Below are positions 11,637 through 24,944 of a stretch of DNA of 53,536 nucleotides, piece after piece (the first letter of the stretch is position 1; the number at the start of each line of letters is the position of its first letter). The position numbers and the translations under genes were made by a program. The DNA lies in contig MU057893.1 of NCBI GenBank assembly GCA_013265495.1, forward strand, positions 1-53,536, written 5' to 3'. This DNA comes from Vicugna vicugna. Taxonomy: Eukaryota. The notes beneath the pieces are model-generated. The model was not told the DNA's origin, did no database searches, and was given only the letters and a program-made list of their open reading frames with translations.

Positions 11637-12572
11637 AACTGTGGATAACTAAAGAGCTTCTTGGATATGTTATATATAAGATATATTTTCAAAAAATATA
11701 AATATCATGAAAACCAATCAACCTTTGATTTCTCTTTGGTATAATTTAATCTTTAATAATGTAGATTTTGATAGCCCTTTTGTTTATGTAACACTTATGA
11801 AAATGTTGGCTTTATATAACTCCTTTGTAGATAAATGATTTAAAAATTGTGTTTGTTTTATCAGTTAATTCTTAAAAATAGGATATTAATTGCAGAATAT
11901 GTATTTTCCTTCAAGTTCATACTTTTTTCCCTATAATATCTTGACTTGTTTAGATAAGTTTACGCATATTCTGATTTATTTTAAACACTCAGTATGTGCT
12001 TCTGTCTATTGCTTTATTAGAGAGCAAGAATTCTTTATTATTTTAAATAAAATATACTAGCAGGAAGCTATAATTCGATGTTTTCATTCACAGAGTCGAG
12101 CAATGATACCTGTTTTGTTAGATCAAGTGTCTAAGCCTCTCAACTTCCGAAAGATTACATGGACAAAGTTAAAAACGTCATAAATGATCGACTAACAAAG
12201 TTTATTGTGTTCCTTGATTAAAAGTATAAATATGAGTCCGTCTTAAATTCGGATGTAAAGCTCTTATGAATTACATGAGTCTTCTCTAAAATTCTTTAAT
12301 TTGGGCTTTAAACCTTCCAGTAAAATACTGGTTTGAAGGAAGAAGAAAGTGGAGAATAGATTCAATCCAAATTCTATGGGAATAAACAAAGCTAAATGTT
12401 TCAGTCATTTTTTGAAGAAGAACAGATTTTTTTACTCACCATATGATTTTAACAGTATTCCTCTGAACATACATAGACACCATGAGACCAGAAGCCAACA
12501 AACAAGATCTGAGGCAAAGCAAGGAAAACAACTGAGGGGATTTTCTACTGCAAAATTTCCCCTAACTAGAAC

Positions 12573-13096
12573 TGTAATAGATAACAAATCTGACGCCATA
12601 TTGGATCTGTTTCTTCAGTTTGAAGCACTGTGCCCTGTTTTCCTGGCTTAATCTTGCTGGCTCTGCACCTTTTGTAAAACTTCGTTGCCTTTAGCCTAAA
12701 AACTACAGGAAAGCCTATTCTCGGGGCTCTGACCTTTAAGGATGTTAGCACTTCTGCCCTTATGCAGGGATGGCAAGTTGCAAAATAAAGAATGACCTTT
12801 GTTTTGTTGGAGGTTTACAGGGACACCATAGCCTGGCCCACATGGACGGCTGCAAGAACAAAGAATGCCTGCAGCAAGAAGTTTCCACAGCAAGCCACAC
12901 CCCCTCCCCTTTTTAGTTTAAAAGGAGCCTGAATTCTGACTTGGGCAAGATGATTCTCCAGGACATTAGACCCACATCTTCTTGGTCTGCCAGCTTTCCG
13001 GATAAAGTTACTAATCCTTGCCCCAAAACCTTGTCTCCTGATTTATTTTATTTTCACTGTTCTGCAGTGAGCAGAACAAGTTTGCCCTCAGTAACA
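12573..13096 (+). mobile_element. ERV1-class solo LTR (524 bp) with 4-bp target-site duplication
   Basis: TG...CA termini (TGTAATAG...CAGTAACA) flanked by GAAC at 12569-12572 and 13097-13100. TATA-like TTTAAAAG at ~12917 and a downstream GATAAA polyA-like signal. A 4-bp TSD is typical of class I ERVs. Confidence 0.8.
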
Positions 13097-14547
13097 GAAC
13101 CAGCTTTGTCATTCCCTCTGATGTGAAATCTCTCTGGGTGTACCGGTGCTTGCCTGGTGGTAGTGGTGATGGAAGGCAAAAATATTTCACTTCTCCTGAT
13201 TTTAATAAGCTAAAGTTTCCTGCTATTTAAGTCAATTCTAGACTTTTACAGAATCACCCGCAGATGTGCTTCTGGAAGCTACAAAAATTCCAAAAATGAA
13301 AATAATTCTATTGTCTTCGACAAGATAATTTTCCTCAAAACTGAGCAGTTCTGAGACACACTTCAGGAGTACAGATAGATGCGGTGTGCTTCATTTCCCT
13401 TGCTGTTCTGACACAATTTTCCACTTACATGAAAGTAAATTAAAATCGGTCTTCAATAGCAGATGCTCTGGCGTGATACAGCAATGTCAATTCCACTTAT
13501 TTATTGAGCCGGAGCAGCTTTAGAATAAATGATTTTGTACCAAACTCCTGATTGATGTCCTGTCTTCTCCCTGGAGGCTAATTCCTTCTTCTTACTTCCT
13601 AAAAGTTCTCCTGTTATGGGAAGTTAGCTTTTACTGTGCACATTCAATTGGGGAGGCACAAATTAAATATATTAGGAGATGACATACATATTTAATTCTT
13701 GCTTATACATATATACAAGCACACAGGACCTGTGTCTTGGAAGATGTCACTTCTTAATGTGGGCAAGAGGATGGTCTATAGTTCAATCAATGATCTAAAT
13801 GTAGTTTTCTAGGATATAATAAAGCAATGCTTGAGTTATAAGAAGGAACAACTCCTGGATATGGGTCAGTGGCACCAATCAGTGGGTGTTCATGTGTGCA
13901 TACACACGCCCATGCACACGGAGCAGACTTGGAGACATTCCATCTGTGCTGATGGAGCAAAGTCATGCTGGGGAGATGAGGAAAAAGTGCCTAATACAAT
14001 CAAACCAGGACACATGAGTAATGGGTAATAGGAGTCAATCGAATTTCCTGGTTAGCTGAAGGTCAAACAAAAACAATTTTAGTTTAAAACTTCATTGCTC
14101 AAAATTTCCTTAAATCACAGGAGCCTGTTTTCCTGCCTTGCTTAGTGTCATATGGCATATTAAACATGACTGATTCATACTTCTCTGACTGTGGAACAGG
14201 AAAGGCCTTGCTGTCATATTTCTGAACATTAGTCTATGTTTTGCAGCACAGTGGATACTGAAAATGGGGCAATTTGACTGAATGGGAATGGACATAACCT
14301 AGCAGTCATTGGCTTGTGATTTGCCAACTTTCTCCAAAAATTAGGGGTAGCAAGAAAATCAGATAAATTGAGGATTCTTGGGGTGGGGAGTCGGGTTGGC
14401 TGACAGCTGAGTGGTCCCAGGTAGCTTGTTTACTGTGTAAAATTGTGATTATGATCCAGACATGACACATTGTCAAATTCTTGTGCCTGTAGCTTTGATA
14501 CCTGGTCAAGTCTGTGTAGCCAGTTTTATCAATGGTGCATAATGGAG

Positions 14548-14760
14548 ATAACTAACATTCCCTGAGGACCAGGTTGTGTGACTTCCATGCGTTGACTCAC
14601 TGAATACCCTAAGCACCATTTTTGGTACATAACAGTCTTAAAGTATGCAGCAGGGAATTATTCTGTTTGCAGATGATAAAATGAAGCTCTGAACTGTTGA
14701 AGCCTGGCCCGAAATCGTGCAGATGGGAAGACGCCATGCTGGGACCTAAGCTCGGGCCAG
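14548..14760. mobile_element. Degenerate MIR SINE
   Basis: MIR-core-like TTTGCAGATGATAAAATGAAGCTCTGA...GCCCGAAATCGTGCAG. Boundaries approximate. Confidence 0.5.
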
Positions 14761-15789
14761 GCTACAGAACCTGAAGGGCCCAGCAATTCCCCTCACCCAG
14801 GATCGGGGCCCACAGCCACTGTCAGGCCCTGTTCTGTTTCTATGAGTGCTCATAGGAAAATGCCAGGTACTCAGGGTCAATGTGACTTGGTTAAGAAATT
14901 CAAATTGGGGTAGCCTTTTGTTGGGGACTGTAACCTGGGAGTGAACCTGGCAGTGAAGTAAGGGAGGAAACAGCCCTGGTTGTAAGAGTATTTCTAGGGA
15001 AGAAGGTTCCCTGATGGGCTGGCATGGGAATCGCTGTGGTTGTGAGCCCCCTGTTGCCCTGTGGGGGTGTGGGCAGGGAAGGAGAGAGACTGTTCAGACT
15101 GGTCATAGTCAATAGAGTTTGGAAACAGCTGAGCTCTGATCCCTCACAGCTCAGACAAATGCAGGACATGAGGATGCTTAGCTAATGCCCAACAGTGGGT
15201 TGCAAAGGCCAAGAGTGGGGTGGGAAGGAGAGATGTGACCACCTTCTTGAAGAACCTCTGCCCCAGGGGACCAGGAAGTTAATGAATGATTGGGGATGCA
15301 CAAAGTGTTTATATGGCCTCACCAGGTAGTTCCTACTTTAAACTGATAGTCTGGAATATATGGTAAAATACGGTGGAATGACTGCTCTTATTTTAGGTTC
15401 TACAAACTCTTAAACGGATAGATTTATATCTCCATTACACAAGCACTGCTGGGTAACTTTTATAGTCATGTGAGGATCAAAAGAGTGGGTACTTATTAAT
15501 ACTATTACCATGCTTCTACTGAATTAACACTTCAGCAACAGTATAATGGCCAAGCTTCTTAACAACTGCCTCTGTAAGAGCTCTTGCAAGTCACAAATAA
15601 TAATTATAAAGAAAATATATTAAAATAATAACAATTACAGTTACAACAACTATGCTGTTTTCTAACATTGATAGTGTTAGCATCTCCCTCTCATATTAAA
15701 CAATACCCAACACTGGATTCCTTAGGAAGCAACGCTAATGCATTTTTGGACTCTTCATGTTCTTCACCCCATGAAGCCTTGTTACTCAC

Positions 15790-15996
15790 ACTGGTCCACC
15801 ACAGCCAGAATTGCTGTTCCTTGCATGGTGGGCTGCCACGCTGCGATGTCCTGGGCTTTTTCTGGCACCATGCGTCTATACTGGGTAGTCAAGTTTCCAC
15901 GTACCCACTCTGATTTCCAATATATTGTTCTCCAGAGCCAACAGAGGGGCCACTGGAAAGAGGCCACACATAAGGTGGTGAACCCAAACTGAATAC
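15790..15996 (-). pseudogene. ANO6: ANO6 pseudo-exon 17 (207 bp)
   Basis: cag|GTATTCAGTTTGGG...ACCAGT|gtgagt. Reads IQFGFTTLCVASF/PVAPLLALENNILEIRVGTWKL/TTQYRRMVPEKAQDIAAWQPTMQGTAILAVV with three 1-bp frameshifts. Splice sites intact. Confidence 0.95.
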
Positions 15997-17187
15997 CTGT
16001 TGAAGGAATGGACACACAACATGGAGTGGTGGATGGATGGAAGGACAATATCAATTCCTTTACTCCTGTAAAGAGAGAGGGGCAAATGGTGAACTAAACC
16101 CCAAAGAGAAAAGACATTCATGGTAATAATAATGTTCAACAGTGAAAGAATCCAAACAAAAGGCAAATATAAAATCTCTGGGAAGAAGACTCATTACAAT
16201 CTGTTTCTTTCACGTATAAACCCTTAGTAGGGGTAACATAATAAAAAATCTTTAAGCAACCATAGTTATTTGCTAGTAATAAACTTGGGAATCTTGAAGC
16301 ATATTATTCACTCTCAGTGTTGAAATAATACAATCTTGGAAGATGATTTGTAATTGAGGATTAAAAAAAGAATATTTTGAATGTATCTAACAATTTAAAT
16401 AGAACTAAGAACTGTACCTTTGGGAAAGCTATGCATAGAGAATGTTGGAAGAAATACACGGAAAATAGGCAAGTGAGCAAGCTCCCTTGAGTCTGGGAGG
16501 GTGAGTGCAGCACATTCAGAGAGTCTATGAAGTTATTGCAAGTCACAGAAAGGTATGCAATTAAGGTGTCTTCATAAGCAATATATCCTTCTTTGGGAAT
16601 TTTTATCTTGATATTTCTATGGTCTGTGTGGTCACAAGAAGTCAAAGTTATGGTGGTGGCTAAGAAGTTCTTTTCTCTTTGTCTGTAATTTACAGGGCAC
16701 TGCTACAGATGAGGCAACAGAGATCTGGGGTAAGCTGTTCCATGGGGTGGGGAGTGGTTACAATTCATAAGGCCAGAAAACTAAAAGACTTTTAGACCCT
16801 CCCATCCTAACTGGCATACCTTTAAAGTAAACTAGCAGAGGTATGTAACTAAGGCAGTGGATGAGAGCCAAATTTATAGTCCCTTTAGTGTTACTGCTCA
16901 GTCAAGGGATAGGGACCACTCTGGCCAGGAGCGGCAAGACCGTGGATGGGGTGGATGGGTAGGAGGAGCTGACACTTGCTTCTGACCTGAGAGGCAGGGG
17001 TGTGTTACAGGAAAGCAGACCTTACTGCAAAGATGCAGCATGTACACAGCCCAAAAGTAGCTGTCATATTCAGGGAGGTCAGAGAGAGCAAGAACCAGAG
17101 TTAGTGACGCCACAGAGTCAGCTGCGTGACAGCAGTGATGTCAGTATCTGTGTCCATAACCCACCTAAACCTACATGAACTCATCTG

Positions 17188-17201
17188 CCTCCAGGGGGCA
17201 G
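17188..17201 (+). promoter_or_regulatory. CTCF-consensus motif
   Basis: CCTCCAGGGGGCAG matches CCNCYAGRKGGCRS. Motif match only. Confidence 0.3.
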
Positions 17202-17439
17202 GTAAGTAGCAGAAATATGTGGAGAGAGTGCAGCCACTGGAAAATTGGCAAGTGGACATCCTAATGAAACGCACTGCTCACAGTCACCATACTGGAAAGA
17301 GGGCCCCACACTGTCAGATCTCCTTCTTATTCAAGGGAAGCCAGAAATTAAGACTTTATTAGCAATCAACCCAGTCCAAAACCCAGAAAAGATATCGTTT
17401 ATAATGACAACAAAGACACATACTATTCAGAATTAAATT

Positions 17440-18080
17440 AATGAAAAATGTTAAGATGATTCTGATAAATGACTTAAAAAAAGAAAACAAAATTATGATT
17501 GAATGAACAGTAGAATGCACCATACTCTTCACTGGGCAGACTCAAGTTTGGGGGACATAGAACATTTTTTTCTCCAAAATAAATTTAGAATCTGAATGTA
17601 AATTTAGTTAATAATCCCAAATGGATTTAAGAAAAAAATCTGAAAGGTGATCCTAAACTTCTTCCAGAAATATACACAAATATACAAATAAAATAATGAG
17701 GAGGGGTGTTTGAATTTGAAGTATGAGGGACATTCTGGTAAAGGATAAAATGGGACCAAGTCTAGGAGGTATTAATCATGGTCATGGAAACAGTATAGAA
17801 ATAGTGCACTGACAGTATGAATGAAATAGAATACATTTCAAGAATAGACGTGGATATTTATGCGATTTTTGTAATATTATAAAACTGACATTTCAAATCA
17901 GTGGATTCAAGTACTGGAGTAATTAGCTAAATCATTGGAAGACCTGGTATATTGTCCTCAATTTTGACATTAAAATAAATTCCAGATAATTTTTAAATTA
18001 GAAAATAAAACACCAGAAATAACCCAACATGATATAATCTGTTCAGATATTCAAGTGAGAAGAACTTTCTTAAAAGCTTT
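17440..18080 (+). mobile_element. Old L1 (L1ME-like) ORF2 fragment
   Basis: A-rich, with L1 ORF2-like remnants: GATCCTAAACTTC, CATTTCAAATCAGTGG, AAAATAAATTCCAGAT. Boundaries approximate. Confidence 0.55.
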
Positions 18081-18339
18081 TGGAACAATGACTAACAACA
18101 GCAAAGGCCTAGCAACTCAGCAAGGCCAGCAACGCACACTGTAAAACAAAACTAACCCTCGCCCAACCTTCTCTCAAAGCCCTGAATTGATCTCTGATAC
18201 ATTCTACACTTTCTTCTTCCCTTTAAAGTCCAGTTTCTTGGAGGAGTATCTGCGCTGAAGACTCCTCCAGGGCTCAGAGCCCTGCATCCCCCACGGCCCT
18301 CATCGCGGCACTGAGACAGTAGTAGCACTGCCGGTGGCT

Positions 18340-19672
18340 GCGTGTTTCAAACCAGTGGGCATTTTCAGCTCCTGTTTATTTGATTACCAGGTAGCTTTTG
18401 CCGTGGACAAATATTATCCTCTCAGTGGAAAGTTTTCCCCCCTTAATTTTTGTTTACTTAAATAAATTTAAAAGGCCCAGGGAGAAAAGTGTGTGTGCAC
18501 ATATGCACACACACAGATACACACAGATCTGTATTTTAAAGGCTACCTAAGTATAGTCCTCCTCCTCCTTTTCACCAGTCTTGGCAATTAAAGGTGGGCT
18601 TTAGCTCTTGCTTTTATACCCCACACACCCCCCTTTCTCTCCATGCTCCTTTTAGTCAGGGTTCAAATCCCACTTCAGCCAGGTTACAGCCTTCCCTGTG
18701 TTGCCTTAACTAGTTTTCTCCCAACTGCTCTGCTATTCTTCTTTCTCTTGGTGGATTTCTCTTTTCCCATTTGCCATGTACATGCCCTTTTCCCCAGTGC
18801 CTCGTCTTCAATCCTCCGCTTGGCAGGACTGAATCTCCCCCACGGCCTCACCCACAGCTCCTCTCAGCTCCTGACTGATGATTCTAGCTGAACAACGGAA
18901 ATCACCCCTCAGATGTCCCATAGACAATTTGCACTCAAAATGCCACACACAGAACCATCTCCTCGAAACCAGCTCCTCCCCTTACACTCCCCCTGCAGTC
19001 ACCTCTGCAGCAGTCACCACTTCTGCCACCCATGTCTCTATCCCTCTGCCCAGGGCCTCTCTGCAGGCGTGTGCCACTTGTTGTCTGGGTTACCTGCGGT
19101 GGTCCATGAAATATCCTTTCCCCCCAAAATATGGGTCTCCCCCCAAAAATAGTGTCTTCCATTCTGCTGCCAGAATAACCAGATCTTCTTCAACATAAAC
19201 ATTATGCAATTCTCTTGCTTACAAATATACCAATATATCCCTGTTTCTTTAAGGATACATTCAAGTCTAAGCACACAAGACCCATCATGAAAGAGGCTTT
19301 GTGTACCTGATATTCCCACCTATGGATACTTTGTTCTAGCCCTACTTGTTGTTCTTCAGTCCGGCCAAGCTACTTCATGCCGTGTACTCTTATATGTCTC
19401 TACCTCTCTGCATGAAGTATCCACTCTGTCTACAACACATTAGAGAGCTAACTTCCTTTCACTTTTCAAAATTCAGTTCAAATATTTCCAGCTTTAGGAA
19501 GTCCAATTTGTGTTCACCTGCTTAGCAATCTATCATCTACTCACCATGCCTCACCTGGCCTGGGGAATGCAGACACCAAGTCTTACCTGTCTTGGTCCCC
19601 CAAGCAGTTGATACAGTGTTTGGCATAGTAGGTGCTCAGTGTTTGTTGGATAGATAAACACGAATGAATCAG
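18340..19672 (+). mobile_element. Fragmented L2 LINE with 3' end
   Basis: Pyrimidine-rich L2-like blocks ending TGGCATAGTAGGTGCTCAGTGTTTGTTGGATAG...GAATGAAT. Confidence 0.5.
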
Positions 19673-22611
19673 TAAAGAGATGAGAGGTCTATAATCCCCA
19701 CCCCCAGTTACTCAGCTGCCATTTCGGAAAGTTCATTCTGCAGAGTTAAGGAAATATCTGTGCAGGTGGTGGGCAGACAGAACAGAGGTGAAGGCGTGGG
19801 GGAGACAGGCCTGGTCCTGGAGAGCGCAGGAGAGGCGTGGGTGGGATAGCACTGGAGAGAGAGGGAATGGAGGAGGTGGGTGCAAGGAGATGTTGAAGAA
19901 CAACTGATATTAACTGCAGTAAATTAAATGGAGAACATAACATATGAAGGGAAGTTCAAGTTAACACAGCAAGGGGGGAAAAGGCAGTACCAGAGACAAA
20001 GAGCTCTCACTTCATCACTCACTGCATTTCACTTATGGCACCCGTCCTCTGGGAAGGCATCGCCAAGTTCTTGAGAGACTGGTGTTTGTGCTGTGGGTGC
20101 TCTAAGTACAAAACGCTATCTTATGGCTTCCAAATTTTAACACTGATAGATTATTTCTCTTATGCCCCATGTCTGGGTTCTCAGACAGCAGGATCATTTG
20201 CTGGTGGGGGGAGAGCTATTGTGGTTAACATCTCAGGGTTACTCTAGTAATCTCAAAGGACAGTGGGGAATTCACTAAAACAAATAAAAGAGAAATTTTA
20301 CTCAGAAGAAAACATATGCCATGTAGAACCTTGTGGGGGCATTGGGGGCAATGTTACCGCCAACTCGTCTAAAAGTTGTATGTGAGTGTGTTGAAATTCC
20401 AAGCTCAAGTCACTTAAACATGTATGAAAACCAGGGTCCAGGCTGTGGTGCTCCGGACATGGACGGGAAGATGAAAAGCCTGACTACTGCCTCCGACAGG
20501 ATCAGTCCAGCCGGGGAGCACAATGGACACGGACACAATCATGCACCATCAAGACAAGAATCAAGTGCAATTCATGCCTAGAGAGGAGAGCAGAAAATCT
20601 CTAAAAAGTGGAGGGGTTCCTGCCAAGGCTTGGCAAGAGTACTTCCAGGCAGAAAAGCAGAGAAAGGTACTTCAGGTGAAGGAGACTAGGGTTGGTGGCT
20701 GGGTGCGAGGCCTAATGAAGCACGGGTGGAGGGCTCCAGGGTCATCTGTCAGAAGCTGTTCCCCTTCAGCAGCTAAGATGCATAATTAAAATGGCAGGTG
20801 GTGTGTCATTTATGATCATGGGGAAAACTGGGAGGAGGAAACTGAAGTCAGGGGATCACCACCAAAGGCAGTTTATTTTAGAGGAACAAAAATGATTCAA
20901 ATAGCACTTGGAAATTCTATCTCCCATGAATGAAAAGAACACAAAATAAGTTTCACTCCAGCGTTGAATACAGAATAGCAGACTGCCTACTCTCAGAAAT
21001 GGATTGAATTTTCTAATTCATTAGGGATTATTTAGATAATATGAAAACGAATAAATCTGAAAAATCTCTCTAGAATAGCTGTTACTCCATCCTATTTTGC
21101 AGGGTACGGGAAGGCTGAATTATTTAATTGGTATTTTAATGAGACTATAAAGTTCTAAAAGTCCTATCAATTTCTCCCAAAAGCATACAACTTTTCCTTT
21201 CAATGACCTTTATTTGACTTAACTAGAACAGTAACTTTTGTCCAAGGCTTTTTTCGTGTGTGATAAAATACCAAATGTTATGCTGCCCCCAGAATGTTGT
21301 TGTTATTATTAATGCTGGTAATAGCCCCAATAAGACTTATTTACAATTATGATTTATTTTGGAACAACAGGTCATTGGCTTATAGTCCTTTTGAAAATAA
21401 GCAGAATAAACGAACATAACTTCTACACCAGGGAAAGCAGCTGCACCCTTAATGGAACCTGGTCACGAAACACAACAAAAGCAAAGATGAAATTCAAATC
21501 AGACACGAGGCCACAAATCATAGCTGACTGAAGATGCCACAAGATGACCTTTCACTCACCGAGGGAAACAGAAGCGTTTCCATGCATAATGTATATTTTT
21601 ACAAGCAATTATTTTATATATAGAATATAATTTAGGAGAAAAAACCTCCCTCTATCTGTAGACTTATAAACAGGAAGCACAAAGGGGTGCCTTTGCAGAC
21701 ATGAACCCGCATGCATAAATGCAAAGCCTATTGACAAAAACCCTTTCCTGTCTCCTAAGGAGAAAAAAAAAAACTAATTCAAGGCAGTGGTGTACTGTAA
21801 GGGCTCAGATACAAAACGTACACATCATCAGCCTTCTAGTAGATAAAAGTGCGCCATGCATAATAGAAAAGATGACGTTTCCTATGGAAATCTATTTTGA
21901 GATGCAACCATTTAAAGGCAACCGAGAGCTCAAAAACAAGTTCAGCCAAAGAGGAACAGAGCCCAAGCAAATGTACAGAAATGGACAAAGACATTGGAGA
22001 AGGAGGGGATCTGTGCTCAACCGATACCCCAGATCAGCCAATTCATCCTGAATTCAAGCCAGTGATGTGCCATGAGGTCACTCAACGAACCAGGCAGAAA
22101 CCATCGGCCAGAAGAAATAGGAACAATGTCAAAGGTAAGTGTGAGATGTGGAAGGGGTGACCCTGTGAACCTTGCTGCCATGAGGCAGGATGCTCCTGCG
22201 GGCTTTCTGCACAGGCTGGCTGGCATACATGACTCTGTTTAGAAGGATATCAGCCAACAGCTGTGCCACACGGGCTACAGCCCGAGCTGAGTCACGTCTA
22301 GTAACGGTTCTGAGTTCATCCTTAGACGACATGACCAGAAGGATCTGAGAATCAATGGTGGAGACGTACCTGAATGAGTATTCCATTTCATTCCTTGGCA
22401 GTAAATCTTCAGCTTTGTACAACATAAATATTGACAAAGATACACACAGGCACCCTATTTGAAAGCCTGACTGCATAATTGCATCTAATGGAAAAAAGCG
22501 GGCTCCGTTTCGGTATGCTAGGTCATTGTTTGGCTCGGTAACTGATGCTTCTGGGACCCAAAACATACTCTAGTATAACTGACAGCACCGAAATCTCCAC
22601 TGATGACTTAC

Positions 22612-22735
22612 TCATTTCAAGGTATTCATATAAAAACCCCAGTTTGCCCATGGGATACAGACGGTTGTCCCGTTCCCATCGTGGGGTGGTCTGTTCTGCT
22701 CCCGAAACTGTGGCACCATGAGACTCATGACCCAG
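22612..22735 (-). pseudogene. ANO6: ANO6 pseudo-exon 16 (124 bp)
   Basis: tag|CTGGGTCATG...GAAATGA|gtaagt. Reads WVMSL.../TVSGAEQTTPRWERDNRLYPMGKLGFLYEYLEM, with a 7-nt frameshifting deletion relative to human WIMNLIGRFHRVSGSEKITPRWEQD. Confidence 0.93.
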
Positions 22736-24599
22736 CTACCAAACAGATCAAATTATAAGACAGGATATTATCAGACCAAGGTCATAAAAGTATTAATGGC
22801 ATTTCAATCTGAACACATCATCTTCCCAAGAATTTAATTTCTTGTTTTCAGGATAAATTTCTGTATATTGCTGCCACCCTACCCACAAATATTGTGAAAA
22901 CTATTCCTGAGTACGCACCTTGGGTTTTCCAAAATTTTAACGACTACTACTTTATCTCCTACCTCCTTTTCAGGTGGGCATTTTAGCTTCTAGAAGATAC
23001 CTTCCCTCATTTGCCTTTTTTCCCCCCATTTCTCTACTATGATACACCATGGACTTTCCAGACTGAAAATCGTCAGAGAAAATTAGTAAAAGAAAGAAAT
23101 ACAGGGTCAGTGAGCTGGTGATAAGTGCTGCAGCAGAAAATAAAGGAGGGCGAAAAATGTGTGGTAGGGAGGAGTGGGGCTGGGGCAGTGACCTTTGAAT
23201 AAGGCAAAGACGGAGGCAAAGGGGTGGGCAGAGGAGGGGCAGAGGAAACAGTGATCACAGGCCTGGAGGTCCCTCACCCTGGACAGACAGCATGGAGACT
23301 GGTGTGGGCCACAATGAATAGGAAATTAGTGGTGGTTTTGGGGTGGAGCCTAAGAGGCTGCCGTGAGGATGTGGGCATTTTTCCCTCTGAAGGATTTACG
23401 GAGCCATGGAGGGTCACCGAGCAGAAAAGTGATACTCTAACGTTGGATCGAACAGGTCCAAGAACCTATTTTAAGCTGAACATATCAAGGGCCAAAGAAG
23501 TGACATGACACTTCAAATTCAGCTCAGAGCTTGAAAGAAACACAGCCTCGTCTCGCAGCCCAGTGCTCTGCCCCCTCCTGGATGCTGTCCCTCAGAGCTG
23601 TCTCTAAGGTTACGTTTTTCCCTCACTCAGAGGCTTTTGGGCCAACTGAATGCTTCCCCCTTTTACAAACGGCAATTTGTCCTGTAATGAAATCGGAATT
23701 GTCAGTGAAACAAGGCATGGACTTGTAGCCTACAGAGCTGTTGTCCCTGAAAGCAACAGCTGGAGCGTGGTTTACTCATGGAGTTCAGCACAAGAGACAG
23801 AACAACAACAGACAACTTAGCGTCTGGCTGAGCTTCGGCTGACTGCACTGCACGTTTGGATGGATTTCAAATTTGGACAGTGAGGCGGCTTCACACGAAA
23901 AGCAGGTGTATACATAATTCATGCGTTCATGTCTGTATGCACACACACATGGACACACACAGAGTATATGATGTGACTTGTAAAGAGCTACCCATGCTAG
24001 GTTTCCCACTGCCTCTGATCTCAGGGGTAACCTTTCACTGGCAATGCTCCCAGGTTGCTACGAGATTTCTTTGCAATGGAACATGCCCTCCGCTTCACAA
24101 ACTTTCCCTACTTCTTTCAATGACATTAGGGGAAGAGCAGGGAGCTCTGGGAAGTGGTGGGGATATGGACTCTAGATTCCCCTGAATCTGAATCCACACT
24201 TCATGGCTTATTTGTTATTTAACTTTATTTACATTCAAAATGCAATTGTTGCAGATCTCAGAAGATGATTTACACTCACTGCTATGCCAGAATGTTGCGG
24301 TTAGTAGACCCACCACTGGATCCTCTTATTCAACACGCTCTTCCAATAATTCAGATAATACTGTATCAGCTCATTTCTATATTTTGATATCTGCTTTTCA
24401 GTATAATTATCTTCCTTCTTTATTCTCTAAATCTTATGATTTTAAAACATTTTTCTGAGCAGTGGTCCACAGGCTCTTTACTTATAAGTTCATAAAGAGA
24501 TCCTGGAGATCAAAACCACATTTAAATCCTGAGATAAAATCAACTCTGTCATATACATGGCTAGGTTTAGTCTGCAAATACTTTGTTTAGTAATTTTTG

Positions 24600-24811
24600 C
24601 ATCAAGCAACAAGGCCCTACTGTATAGCACAGGGAGCTACATTCAATAACTTTTAATAGCCTATAGTGAAAAAGAATATGACAAGGAATATATATATATA
24701 TANNNNNNNNNNNNNNTATATATATATATATATATATACATAAGTGAATCACTATGCTGTACACCAAGGATTACCACAATATTGTAAACCAACTATACTT
24801 TCAACAAAAAA
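24600..24811 (+). mobile_element. Artiodactyl-type L1 3' UTR fragment with internal (TA)n and N gap (24703-24716)
   Basis: CCTACTGTATAGCACAGGGA...GAATCACTATGCTGTACACC...TTGTAAACCAACTATACTT plus an A tail. Confidence 0.85.
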
Positions 24812-24944
24812 TGTTGAAATAAAATTGGAAGATGAAACTTCCACTGCCCAGGCTGCTGTCAGGATGAAACGATTCAAAGCAGGACAGGTATTAGCAAACC
24901 CCCTGACACATCAAAACCCCATGTGGGATCTTCCTTTTGAGCAG

